A stretch of DNA of 60,818 nt, from positions 1-60,818 of the IMG/VR virus record IMGVR_UViG_3300032292_001138. One strand, 5' to 3'. The notes below the pieces were generated by a model that saw only the letters and a program-made list of their open reading frames with translations, searched no databases and was not told the origin of the DNA. Shown here piece after piece: positions 9,367-18,389 of the stretch. Made by a program: the position numbers and the translations under genes. Positions within the stretch are counted from its first letter, which is position 1. Every line of letters starts with the position of its first letter. The stretch comes from a virus. Taxonomy: Duplodnaviria; Caudoviricetes.

Positions 9367-9546
9367 ATGGAAGATGAGACTCTATGTAAAGCTACGGCTT
9401 GGGCTGAAAGATTTATGCACTATTCATCGATTAGCTACAAAAAACAGTACGCCCAAGCGATTGCCGATAATTTGAAGGCTACCAAAAAAATGCGGGATCG
9501 GTTGATTGCCTCTGGGGAATTGATTGATAGAAAAGCTTTTGACTAA
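9367..9546 (+). CDS. hypothetical protein
   Basis: ORF from MEDETL. Confidence 0.45.
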   Translation: MEDETLCKATAWAERFMHYSSISYKKQYAQAIADNLKATKKMRDRLIASGELIDRKAFD

Positions 9547-9564
9547 CAAGCAACACTTAAAAAC

Positions 9565-9978
9565 ATGTCCAGATATTCTTTAGATTTTCCCGATGGTGTC
9601 GAAGATTTGTCCGATGTATGGGCAAAGATCCAGATTTATTTTCGATTGCATTGGTACTCATGGCAACACCCGCGCCTAGTGCAGTATTTGAATTATTGCA
9701 AAGCATCAAGCCGCCATAAGTTAACACCAAAGCAGCTCAAAAATTTGGCGGATAAGTTGGAGGCTTTGCCTGAGTTGAGATCGGCGGATTGGCTTCGAGT
9801 GCGGGCGGGTTTTGAGGGGCTTGGCTTGCACTGGCAACACCCCAGGGCTTTGGAGTATTTGCGGCGGTGCGGGGTTGATGACCACCACGCTCTGACAGAT
9901 AAGCAGGTTAAGAATTTGGCGGATAAGTTGGAGAGGGAACTGAAGGAACTGGCTGAAGAACGGGAGGGTATTTTTTGA
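9565..9978 (+). CDS. hypothetical protein with two internal repeats
   Basis: WQHPR..YL..C....LT.KQ.KNLADKLE occurs twice. Confidence 0.7.
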   Translation: MSRYSLDFPDGVEDLSDVWAKIQIYFRLHWYSWQHPRLVQYLNYCKASSRHKLTPKQLKNLADKLEALPELRSADWLRVRAGFEGLGLHWQHPRALEYLRRCGVDDHHALTDKQVKNLADKLERELKELAEEREGIF

Positions 9979-9979
9979 T

Positions 9980-10858
9980 ATGAAGACTCCCATTAGTTAT
10001 TATGGTGGGAAGCAACGTATTGCATCAAAAATCGTGCCGTATATTCTTGCTATCCCCTATACAGTCTATGCCGAACCGTTTGCTGGTGGGCTGTCCGTTT
10101 TGTATGCCAAAGGTAAAATTGATCGAGGGAATAAAGGGCATTACCGAGAAGCGATCAATGACAAAAACAAGCAGTTGATCACGTTTTGGCGGGTAGCAAG
10201 AGAGCATCCCGAAGAGTTAACGCGATGGATTAACCTCACGCCTTACAGCCAAGAGGAATGTCATGAGGCGCAAAAAATTTATGACAACCCTTCAGAGTAC
10301 AATAATCTAAAAGTTGCTTGGGCTACTTATATTCAGTGCAATATGAGTTTTTCCCACCAAATTGGCGCGGGATGGAGTGTAAGCGTCAATGGGAGAGATA
10401 ATAGCGGGAGTAAATGGGTAAATCGCGCAGACAGGCTGCCAGAATGTTTTGAAAGATTGCGTGATGTGCATATTGGCTGTGAAGACGCGATAAGATTCAT
10501 TAAAAGGTGGGATGCGCCGCAGACGCTTTTTTATTGCGATCCACCATATCCAAATAGCCATCAGGGGCATTATGTCGGGTACACCTTAGATGACTGGGCA
10601 AACCTATGTGACGCTCTTGACTCATGCCAGGGCAGTTATATTTTGAGCAACTATCATCAAGATATTCAGCCTAAATCTGCACAGAAATGCGTAGAAATCG
10701 AAGCGGTAATGAGTGCTTCTAATAGCGCAAAACAGACCCAAGATATAAATAAGAAACGAATCGAAAAGCTGTGGATTTGTGACCGTTCTAAAACCATCCG
10801 AAGCGACTTGCAGAAAATTGCTAAAGATGAATGGCGCAAGCAGGGAACACTATTTTAA
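9980..10858 (+). CDS. Dam-like D12-class N6-adenine DNA methyltransferase
   Basis: YYGGKQ, EPFAGG, IND, FYCDPPY, ILSN. Confidence 0.92.
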   Translation: MKTPISYYGGKQRIASKIVPYILAIPYTVYAEPFAGGLSVLYAKGKIDRGNKGHYREAINDKNKQLITFWRVAREHPEELTRWINLTPYSQEECHEAQKIYDNPSEYNNLKVAWATYIQCNMSFSHQIGAGWSVSVNGRDNSGSKWVNRADRLPECFERLRDVHIGCEDAIRFIKRWDAPQTLFYCDPPYPNSHQGHYVGYTLDDWANLCDALDSCQGSYILSNYHQDIQPKSAQKCVEIEAVMSASNSAKQTQDINKKRIEKLWICDRSKTIRSDLQKIAKDEWRKQGTLF

Positions 10859-10867
10859 TTTGCCGAC

Positions 10868-10905
10868 AAAAAGCGCCTTAGTCATGGAGAACCAAGGCGC
10901 TTTTT
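10868..10905. terminator. Bidirectional intrinsic terminator
   Basis: AAAAAGCGCCTT...AAGGCGCTTTTT between convergent genes. Confidence 0.75.
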
Positions 10906-10928
10906 GGTTTAAGGAGAGTGGTTAAGAC

Positions 10929-11345
10929 TTATTTAGCTAATTCCTTCTCCAGTAGCTGACAAACAATCATGCCTGTAATCACCCTATTGGGCTTTTGATC
11001 TAACTGCCTAGCGATAGCCACCAGCCGATCCTGAATCTCGCTGGGAATCCACAGGCTGTAATATTCCAAGGCTTCATCGTCCCCAATCGTCTCCAGCCCC
11101 TTAGCCACCTCAGCCGAGACCACCGCGATCACCGCGCCATCGCAGCACCGCGCTACCCACGGCTCGATGAGTTCGCGAGCTACCGCACTACGCGAATATC
11201 GCGATACGCTTCGCGGGTTCGCTTTTTTGCGTGCTTTGATGATGTCGTCAATTCGCGCCATGACGGACTTAGGGAGTCGCCATTTGACGGGGATTCCATC
11301 GATACGGGGGGATTTTTTGATAAATTCGTAGGTTGTTTGAGCCAT
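10929..11345 (-). CDS. tandem ribbon-helix-helix-like regulator
   Basis: WRLPKSVMARID...SRSAVARELI and SLWIPSEIQDRLVAIA...NRVI. Confidence 0.6.
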   Translation of the reverse strand: MAQTTYEFIKKSPRIDGIPVKWRLPKSVMARIDDIIKARKKANPRSVSRYSRSAVARELIEPWVARCCDGAVIAVVSAEVAKGLETIGDDEALEYYSLWIPSEIQDRLVAIARQLDQKPNRVITGMIVCQLLEKELAK

Positions 11346-11411
11346 GATTTGTGATGAGAGTAGATGCAAAAAATGCTAGACCACCTGATGAGGGCAGTCT
11401 AGCGGGTGGGG

Positions 11412-11717
11412 TTAGAACGGGATCGCTTCACTGGCTGGGTGTTCTTTTAGTTCACTCAGGTGATGGACTACATCAGCCAGATGACTAATGCATTTTGGGT
11501 CACCATTACAGCGACGTAGCAGCTTTAGGTATGCGTAACTCTGTCCTAGCGCTCGATCCACCCATGCCGCAAATGCAGTATCAACGGGGTGGGTTTCGGC
11601 TAATGTTTCAAGGATTTTAGCCTGTTTTGCAGAGGTGCGCTCTGCCCAATTGCATTGACAGTTGCCTACAGGGGTAGGGCAGTCGGAGCAGTAATAGCGA
11701 GGGGGTGATTCAGTCAT
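11412..11717 (-). CDS. hypothetical Cys-rich protein
   Basis: CSDC...CQC. Confidence 0.55.
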   Translation of the reverse strand: MTESPPRYYCSDCPTPVGNCQCNWAERTSAKQAKILETLAETHPVDTAFAAWVDRALGQSYAYLKLLRRCNGDPKCISHLADVVHHLSELKEHPASEAIPF

Positions 11718-11850
11718 GATGGCTTGTTATTATTCCAATCCTTGCTCTTGAGTCTCAAGAGACAGCATATCTAAATCTTCCTCAGAGAGAGGAATTTCTT
11801 CTGGGGCTTGCATTTCAAAAAAACAATCTTGAATGCACTCCTCAAGGGTG

Positions 11851-12070
11851 CTGAACCGAAACGGACGCGCCTTGACCTTCAAGAAACTCTTTCAATGCAG
11901 TCGCAAGTTCATTAGCCTTGAAATTATCAGGGATGATAATTACCGCCCGTCCAGGGAGTACTGAACCGAAACGGACGCGCCTTGACCTTCAAGAAACTCT
12001 TTCAATGCAGTCGCAAGTTCATTAGCCTTGAAATTATCAGGGATGATAATTACCGCCCGTCCAGGGAGTA
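11851..12070. repeat. Perfect 110-bp tandem duplication
   Basis: 11851-11960 identical to 11961-12070. Confidence 0.92.
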
Positions 12071-12224
12071 CGCCATCAGCAAAATGCATCTCAGGGGTTT
12101 CACTTAAAACCCTTTTAATGATTTCCACCCAAGATGGAGATGCAAAAGCGACTATCATGTCACTTAAAACGACTTTGATGGCAACGTCACAAGCTTTCGC
12201 CTTAGACAAATCAATACTTTCCAT
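11940..12224 (-). CDS. hypothetical protein (paralog of 12668-12934)
   Basis: Shared MExIDxS start and EFxxxQGASVxV end. Confidence 0.7.
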   Translation of the reverse strand: MESIDLSKAKACDVAIKVVLSDMIVAFASPSWVEIIKRVLSETPEMHFADGVLPGRAVIIIPDNFKANELATALKEFLEGQGASVSVQYSLDGR

Positions 12225-12310
12225 TTCGCTTAATCCATTAATCCGTAAAAATGTGATTGTGATTGCGCCATGATCTAATTTGTATGCCGCCTGTGGCTCG
12301 GCGACGGAAT

Positions 12311-12583
12311 TTATTTTGCTTGGATTTCGGATGAATCAACTAATTGAACCCGTTTGCACTCGGTCCAACGACAGTCAAACTCGCCATCGGTAAAAAGAAG
12401 AAAGCCATCAATGACGACGTGTTGTTCCCCCAGGTCGTACAAAATGCCCGCCGCATCGTTACGAGCTTTTTCTAGCTCGGCTTTTACTTGCTGTTCATGT
12501 TTATACAGATTTTTCAGAGCTTCTTGCGCGGCAAACAACGCTTTTGCTGCGCAAACTAATTGTTGTTTTTGTTCCTGTTGCAT
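12311..12583 (-). CDS. hypothetical protein
   Basis: ORF with TTAAGCGA leader. Confidence 0.65.
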   Translation of the reverse strand: MQQEQKQQLVCAAKALFAAQEALKNLYKHEQQVKAELEKARNDAAGILYDLGEQHVVIDGFLLFTDGEFDCRWTECKRVQLVDSSEIQAK

Positions 12584-12667
12584 CGTTTTTCGCTTAATCC
12601 GTAAAAAAATGTAGTTACGCCATGATCTAATTTGTATGCCGCCTGTGGCTCGGCGGGTGAGGGCTAG

Positions 12668-12934
12668 TTAGTCAACTCGAACAGACGCGCCTTGGGACTT
12701 GAAAAACTCTACTATCTTGCCTATCACTTTAGGTCTATTGTGAGTTTCTGGAATACAAACCCGCCCTCGCATGGGTTCGTTCGTCCGAAGTAAGAATATA
12801 GGAGTGCCTTTTAAAGCTTGAGAAAGGGCTTCAATCAAAGGTGGATCTCCAATAACATCAAACGAATAACCGTCATTTGAAAGATTTGCGATAACAATAT
12901 CGTGGGTTTTAGTGTCCGAAAAATCGATTTCCAT
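12668..12934 (-). CDS. hypothetical protein (paralog of 11940-12224)
   Basis: Shared termini with 11940-12224. Confidence 0.7.
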   Translation of the reverse strand: MEIDFSDTKTHDIVIANLSNDGYSFDVIGDPPLIEALSQALKGTPIFLLRTNEPMRGRVCIPETHNRPKVIGKIVEFFKSQGASVRVD

Positions 12935-12952
12935 TTAACACCTTGTTGCAGA

Positions 12953-13315
12953 TCATGAATTTGGTTCAGGCAAGCATTCCACCCCTGTAAGCAGAGGGGA
13001 AACCGAGAAGGTTACATCATCCTCAATCTCAGGCAGTCCGTCAGGGAACATCGCTCTCATCATGTCATCAGACGACAGCGCAAAGTACGCTGCCACGCCA
13101 TCTTCAATGCCTTGCGCGAAGCTGGTTTCCGCGACTTTCTTCACGAATTGCACGCCGTTAGCGTGGCTTTGCTCTGAGACCAAGGTTAGGGCGGAGCCTG
13201 CCTCTGAGGAGAGGTTAATTTTGGAATTGGTCTTAGCGGTTTGCTTGACCTGCTGTTTGCGACTCGCCGCTTTTTCGGCTTGGATGCGTTTAATTTCTTC
13301 TAAAGTCAATGCCAT
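12953..13315 (-). CDS. hypothetical protein
   Basis: ORF within leftward operon. Confidence 0.65.
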   Translation of the reverse strand: MALTLEEIKRIQAEKAASRKQQVKQTAKTNSKINLSSEAGSALTLVSEQSHANGVQFVKKVAETSFAQGIEDGVAAYFALSSDDMMRAMFPDGLPEIEDDVTFSVSPLLTGVECLPEPNS

Positions 13316-13319
13316 GGTT

Positions 13320-13679
13320 TTATTTTCCGTATGCTAAGGGAATAAACGGGGCTTCGGACAAAGGTTTAACCTGAAAGCCCAATTTGTTGAGCGCGGTTTC
13401 AGCGATTGCCGCAGAGTATACAGGCGCTCCTTGGTACTCGCTGATATCAGACCCATTAGGATCTTTAATGTCAAAACCAAGGTCGTCAACTATATCTTCA
13501 AGCTTCCTCTGAACAGTCCTTTTGCAAGGAGATTTAACTCGCCGACCAAAGTTAAAGAATGTCAAGGAATCCTCTATGGTTGCAAGAATCGCCGCTACGG
13601 ACATCGGCGTGTCTGGAACAACGTAGACAACAGGTCTTAGATCGACTTTTGGCTCTGCCACGGGATTACAAGTTTTCAT
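13320..13679 (-). CDS. hypothetical protein, possible HTH
   Basis: CKRTVQRKLEDI; leftward operon. Confidence 0.6.
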   Translation of the reverse strand: MKTCNPVAEPKVDLRPVVYVVPDTPMSVAAILATIEDSLTFFNFGRRVKSPCKRTVQRKLEDIVDDLGFDIKDPNGSDISEYQGAPVYSAAIAETALNKLGFQVKPLSEAPFIPLAYGK

Positions 13680-14028
13680 AGCGCACCCTTTCGGCTTCAG
13701 TGAGATCAGCAACTTGCTCGACAATCACGCTACGATCCACAGCGATGGCGTAGTCTCCTACAATGGCATAAACCGTTTCTTCCGGAACACCAAAAAGCTT
13801 TACTAAATCCTCCGTAATCAACCCGTCTTCCGTCATCAAATCTTGCAATCGACTCCCTAGCTTTCCCGCCCGACTTTGCAGTATGCGAGAAAAATCTTTC
13901 CCGACCAACGGGTGCATTTCTTCTAGCCGTCTTTGTATCTCAGCGGTTTCACGGGTCGCCCTTTCAATTTCTTCCCTCACCTGAAAAAGACGAGACACTA
14001 AATCGGCACACTCTTTAAAATGATTCAT
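13666..14028 (-). CDS. hypothetical coiled-coil protein
   Basis: ORF with AAGGA ribosome-binding site. Confidence 0.65.
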   Translation of the reverse strand: MNHFKECADLVSRLFQVREEIERATRETAEIQRRLEEMHPLVGKDFSRILQSRAGKLGSRLQDLMTEDGLITEDLVKLFGVPEETVYAIVGDYAIAVDRSVIVEQVADLTEAERVRYENL

Positions 14029-14042
14029 TCGCTTTTTCCTTT

Positions 14043-14102
14043 AATCGCTTAACTGTCGCGTCACGTCGCGTCAATCGCTTAACTGTCGCGTCACGTCGTG
14101 AC
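14043..14102. repeat. 30-bp tandem repeat containing GTCGCGTCA subrepeats
   Basis: AATCGCTTAACTGTCGCGTCACGTCGCGTC followed by a near-identical copy. Confidence 0.85.
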
Positions 14103-14109
14103 AGAATCT

Positions 14110-14138
14110 ACTTTAAGGCAACGCTAGGGACTTGTCAA
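14110..14138 (-). promoter_or_regulatory. sigma70-like promoter for leftward operon
   Basis: TTGACA-17-TAAAGT on minus strand. Confidence 0.65.
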
Positions 14139-14356
14139 CCCCTCTAGCGTATTTTGTTTGCGTTTGTGCGGGTTGGCGTGTTTTGGGGCTGATTCGCGGG
14201 GTTGCGATGTGGCGGGTTGGCGCAATAGAAACGCAATAAAAAGCGCCGATCCGTTGCCGAATCAGCGCCTGCATAAGCATACAATGTGGGTTTATATTCA
14301 CTCGATATGAGTATATCACCTATTAAGTTATTGCCGATCAAATTTTAGAATAATTG

Positions 14357-15541
14357 TTAGGAATTAGTTACTAATCCTTGGGCGATCAATTGCCCATAAC
14401 CTTCATTAGCCAAGTCTTCTAGATATTGCTTGGCGCGTTCGGTTCCGATGTCTCTTGCCACCCATACACCAGACAAAATATCACGGGGTTGAATTAGCTC
14501 GTTTGGGTGCTTTGATGCGTAGCTGAGGATTGCTGATTTAATCGGATCGCCGTCGCTGATTGCTGAGACTTGCTGAGTGCTGCTGAGGCTTGCTGTGACT
14601 GCATCAGCACCCGTTGCGCCCTTAAGCAAAAGCTGCTTTTTTTTGGGTGTTTGACGCTGTGGAGCAGCCTCCCATAGAGCCATAAAATCAGCGGGTAATT
14701 GCTGAGTGGGAAACTGCAAATTGTCAGGAATTGTGGGCAGTGCAGCAGGCATATCATCAACCATGCAAGGGTGTTCAAGTTGCTGCATAATTCTCGCGTG
14801 CTGAGGGCATTCTTTCCGGCATTGCTTAACAGCAAACTTGCCAAGATATACCACCGCTAAACCATCTCTAATGCTGCCTTCGCCCTCAATACCAAGGGAT
14901 TTTACCTCTGCCCCTTGCGCTAAAATCACCAGCTTGATTCCGACCTTACGGGCTTCTCGAATCAACTTTTTGAAATGATCAGAACATGCTTTCCCGTAAA
15001 TGTCATTTGAGGTAATAGCCAGAAACTCATCGACTATTACCACCAATGGATCAAAATGAGTTTGTCCTGCATCCCTCAATTCGTACCGATGTTTCATCAA
15101 GTCATATAAGACCTTAAAAGCTTTTTCGACATCGGCATAGTTCATGCCCCCGCCAACTACAAACACGCCTTGCCAATCGCTAGGGGTTGCATGGGGGTCA
15201 ATGGCAATACAAGGAGCCGTAGCCATCGAAACCAGATATTTGCAGAGGGTAGATTTGCCTGAGCCAGTTTCTCCCACAATCATGATGTGAGGCTTGTCAA
15301 GGCATCGCTTAACAGGGATTGCCCCTGCAATGTCTGAGGCGTAATCCTCAGCTACTCGAATCATGTCCTCAAGCAAGCTGGGCTGCAGGCTGTAGAGCCA
15401 TTGAATAATATTGTCTGATAACGTTCCGGTCCTATTGGCATAGTCCAACAGGACTTCACCAATCACCTTACTTAGAGCGACTTGCATCCGAGGGGATAGG
15501 TCGTTGATGTTAATTGTGGATTTTGTGGATTTTGCAAGCAT
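14357..15541 (-). CDS. FtsK/SpoIIIE-HerA family ATPase with C-terminal winged-helix-like domain
   Basis: PHIMIVGETGSGKST, IAIDP, VVIVDEF, REARKVGI, LAQ; C-terminal IGTERAKQYLEDLANEGYG. Confidence 0.85.
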   Translation of the reverse strand: MLAKSTKSTININDLSPRMQVALSKVIGEVLLDYANRTGTLSDNIIQWLYSLQPSLLEDMIRVAEDYASDIAGAIPVKRCLDKPHIMIVGETGSGKSTLCKYLVSMATAPCIAIDPHATPSDWQGVFVVGGGMNYADVEKAFKVLYDLMKHRYELRDAGQTHFDPLVVIVDEFLAITSNDIYGKACSDHFKKLIREARKVGIKLVILAQGAEVKSLGIEGEGSIRDGLAVVYLGKFAVKQCRKECPQHARIMQQLEHPCMVDDMPAALPTIPDNLQFPTQQLPADFMALWEAAPQRQTPKKKQLLLKGATGADAVTASLSSTQQVSAISDGDPIKSAILSYASKHPNELIQPRDILSGVWVARDIGTERAKQYLEDLANEGYGQLIAQGLVTNS

Positions 15542-15550
15542 TGTTCTTTG

Positions 15551-16036
15551 TTATTTAACGAGGGGGGAAAAATAAAACACTATATAGCCGGATAGGGCGG
15601 TCAGGATAGCTGCCAAATAAGTGGGATGTTTTGCGCCATCCTGAGTAACGAGCCAAATGGTCAGGGCTAAAGCACCAAACCCAGGCATTGCTAGGGCGTG
15701 ATTTAGCGGAAACCAAAGGGACGGCAAAAATGCCAGCGTGGAGGTAAGCCACAACGTAATCATCAAATAAGCGGCGCGTCTAACCCATTGCATACTGGCA
15801 TTTTCCTGATTTCCTTGAGGTGGTTGAATAGTTGCGGCGGGAACCCGCGACGGCTGCGGAATCGCGGTAGATGGCGATGGCGCGGGTGGTGGCGGTTGGC
15901 GTAGCGGCGGCATTGGCGGGGGTGGCATTGGCTGTGGAGCGTTGCCGACTTGGGCAGCGGATACGTCAACAGTGACGGGACTCACGGGGGACGTGGTTGC
16001 GCCTAGCTGGGTGGAGAGGTTGCGGATGTCTGACAT
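15551..16036 (-). CDS. membrane protein with Pro-rich N-terminus
   Basis: About three hydrophobic segments in the C-terminal half. Confidence 0.7.
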   Translation of the reverse strand: MSDIRNLSTQLGATTSPVSPVTVDVSAAQVGNAPQPMPPPPMPPLRQPPPPAPSPSTAIPQPSRVPAATIQPPQGNQENASMQWVRRAAYLMITLWLTSTLAFLPSLWFPLNHALAMPGFGALALTIWLVTQDGAKHPTYLAAILTALSGYIVFYFSPLVK

Positions 16037-16713
16037 TATTTGTCCCTACAAATTGAATCTTTGCCAACTCGTTCTACTCGAACGCATTGCTCTTCAAACA
16101 AAATTGAACCATCACCCATGACGCTGATCCGACGCTGGGATAGCACCGAAAACACCAACAGCGCAATCACCATACCGATCAAAAACTTCCCGCCGCCGCC
16201 CTGATATTTATTGTTTGAGGCTTCGGCGTTAATCACACCCCGAAAGTTGTCCCCAACAGTGACGCTGGTGTGATTATGGACATTGGTGACGCTTCGAGGT
16301 TCGTTCTCTAAGTTTTTAAGCCGCTTTTCTCGATCCGTATCGTTTTCGATTAATCGGGCGGATAGCACCGCTTGGTCATGGCGGATCAATTCAATTTGTC
16401 GCTCTGAATGCTGAATATGTGCAGTCAGAGCCTCTGACATTTTGATCAGCAAGACGTTCTGAGTTTGCGAGTTTTGCGCCATCATTGCTAGTTGCTGCTG
16501 CATGTGCGCCTGCTGACTTTCAAGAGCCGCCATTTGCACCTGTACCAGCGAATAGCCTTGATTGATTTGAGCTAATGCCCATTGATGCATAGCAGGGGTC
16601 TGAAACTCAGGCTGTAACACCTCAATTGCTGAGGCAGCCTGCTGTTCGGGAGCTAGCACGATTTCGGAGCCGTACCTCATACAGACCGCCCTTGTCGCCG
16701 CTTGCAGTCCCAT
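16036..16713 (-). CDS. coiled-coil membrane-anchored protein
   Basis: Gln-rich coiled coil; TM segment FLIGMVIALLVFSVL. Confidence 0.7.
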   Translation of the reverse strand: MGLQAATRAVCMRYGSEIVLAPEQQAASAIEVLQPEFQTPAMHQWALAQINQGYSLVQVQMAALESQQAHMQQQLAMMAQNSQTQNVLLIKMSEALTAHIQHSERQIELIRHDQAVLSARLIENDTDREKRLKNLENEPRSVTNVHNHTSVTVGDNFRGVINAEASNNKYQGGGGKFLIGMVIALLVFSVLSQRRISVMGDGSILFEEQCVRVERVGKDSICRDK

Positions 16714-16964
16714 ACAGCGTCATTCAGCGCTTTGGTAGATACCGTTTCCGCTGGTTGCTCACCGGTGCATTGCACATATTGCGCAACCAGCGCGTCCCTT
16801 GGCGGTAACGCTTGCTTCGCGGCTGTCGCGGTTCTCGCGCCCGTCGCGGTGGTCGCGGTCTTTAGCGTTCGCCATGCTGAGGGGGTGTTGATCCAGAGCA
16901 ACAGCATTACTACTACAGCAAGGGTGTTTGGGTGTTGACAAATCGTCAAAAACTTTTGCATCAC
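16677..16964 (-). CDS. small membrane or secreted protein
   Basis: N-terminal hydrophobic LAVVVMLLLWI. Confidence 0.55.
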   Translation of the reverse strand: MMQKFLTICQHPNTLAVVVMLLLWINTPSAWRTLKTATTATGARTATAAKQALPPRDALVAQYVQCTGEQPAETVSTKALNDAVWDCKRRQGRSV

Positions 16965-17383
16965 TTCACCTCTACCTCAAAGCTGTAATCGTAGGCATAG
17001 CCTTTTTCGGCACAGACCGAGGCTAATTGAGGTAGACACGATCTATCAGAGCATTTGGGCAGCCATTGCTGATGGCAAAAGTAGACGTACTTCGCCACCG
17101 GCTTTAATGGGGCTGGTTTCATAGGGCGATTTTCAGCCTTTGAAGCCTCGCACTCTATCACTAGATTTTCTAACGCCTTGTCGCCATAATTCGGCATCGG
17201 GGCGCTATCAACAAAGCAAGCATGGTAGCGATTTTCCCACTGGATTCGGTTAGGGGTTGAGGCATTGCGACGGGCTGACAGCTTCAGGGCTTCAAGCTCT
17301 TCAACGCTTCGAGATTCGGGCGGGGTGCAGCCCCCCAGTAAAAAGGGCAGCCCCAACCCTAAAGGGATAAGGATATGTTTCAT
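16961..17383 (-). CDS. putative lipoprotein, Cys-rich
   Basis: Signal peptide with lipobox LLGGC. Confidence 0.7.
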   Translation of the reverse strand: MKHILIPLGLGLPFLLGGCTPPESRSVEELEALKLSARRNASTPNRIQWENRYHACFVDSAPMPNYGDKALENLVIECEASKAENRPMKPAPLKPVAKYVYFCHQQWLPKCSDRSCLPQLASVCAEKGYAYDYSFEVEVK

Positions 17384-17406
17384 GTTCTTTTTTTGCGTAA
17401 AGAAAA

Positions 17407-17631
17407 CTATTTGACGACGGAAATTAAGTCGCCCACTTCACAGTTAAGGGCAACGCACAGCTTAGGGATTAGCCATGCAGGGTAGCGTAGGCAGGTATCA
17501 TCTGCGATTTTTTGCAGGGTGCTGGTATCCTTAACCCCGATCATATCCGCCAATGCTTTGATGGACCTGATACCCCTTTCCGCCATCCGAACTCTTAGAT
17601 GGCTTCGGAGAAACGGCTCTTGGTTAGGCAT
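17407..17631 (-). CDS. XRE/Cro-CI family HTH regulator
   Basis: RMAERGIRSIKALADMIG...KLCVALNCEVGDL. Confidence 0.88.
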   Translation of the reverse strand: MPNQEPFLRSHLRVRMAERGIRSIKALADMIGVKDTSTLQKIADDTCLRYPAWLIPKLCVALNCEVGDLISVVK

Positions 17632-17733
17632 TTTGGGCTAATCACCCCTTTTCGATTGACAAAGAGCAGTTTAACATGATTTGGTAAGTTAAAGCAAGAA
17701 AATATTGCTTAGCCTATATTTGAGCCTGTTTAA

Positions 17734-18345
17734 ATGATGCAAATAAAATTATTGCCAGATTCGGAACCGTCGGAATCCCTGAGTTCGGACGAACGGTACA
17801 CTTGTGACGGAACTTTGATGGCGCGGGTGAGAGAGTTTTACGGCGGGTTCATCCCCCTCGATGTCGCATCGTGCGAATTTGCCAACAGTAACTTTGTGCG
17901 GGCGGATCGCTATTACACCAAGGATGATAACGGGCTATCCATGCCTTGGGCTAATCGCAATTGGTGCAACCCGCCATATAGTCGGGGGCAAATGATCAAA
18001 TGGGTACAGAAAATTATTGATTGCGCCCAAAACGGACAAGAGACCTTGCTTCTATGCAATGGAGATAATTCCACGGCTTGGTGGCAATTAGCGGATCGGT
18101 ATGCCTCAGCGGTGCTCATGCTGTCGTACCGCTTGGCTTTTTATGCCTTAGAACGGGGAAAAGTTGTCAGCGGCAACAAGCAACCTCAGCACCTGTTTTA
18201 TTTTGGGGAGAGATTACTGGAATTTGAGATGCATTTTGGAATGAGCAATCCCACCCCTCTAGGATTTGTCCATGTCCCGATCAACTCGGTCAACTTCTTG
18301 GCACCTAATTTGGCTCGTGATTTGGCGTGCGATTTAAAGGAATAA
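17734..18345 (+). CDS. Phage N6-adenine DNA methyltransferase (lambdoid Dam-like family)
   Basis: LDVAS, YYTKDDNGL..W, WCNPPY, STAWW. Confidence 0.88.
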   Translation: MMQIKLLPDSEPSESLSSDERYTCDGTLMARVREFYGGFIPLDVASCEFANSNFVRADRYYTKDDNGLSMPWANRNWCNPPYSRGQMIKWVQKIIDCAQNGQETLLLCNGDNSTAWWQLADRYASAVLMLSYRLAFYALERGKVVSGNKQPQHLFYFGERLLEFEMHFGMSNPTPLGFVHVPINSVNFLAPNLARDLACDLKE

Positions 18346-18389
18346 AACAATCTTAAACAACTTAAAACAAATTTTCCCCACTTTAACTA

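Noticed and set aside
14113-14341. ORFs 14113-14319 and 14144-14341
   Set aside because: Two overlapping frames, no protein-like features, and they overlap a promoter; treated as non-coding, though not excluded
14357-15541. FtsK-like ATPase as the packaging motor
   Set aside because: A complete terminase-portal system is present
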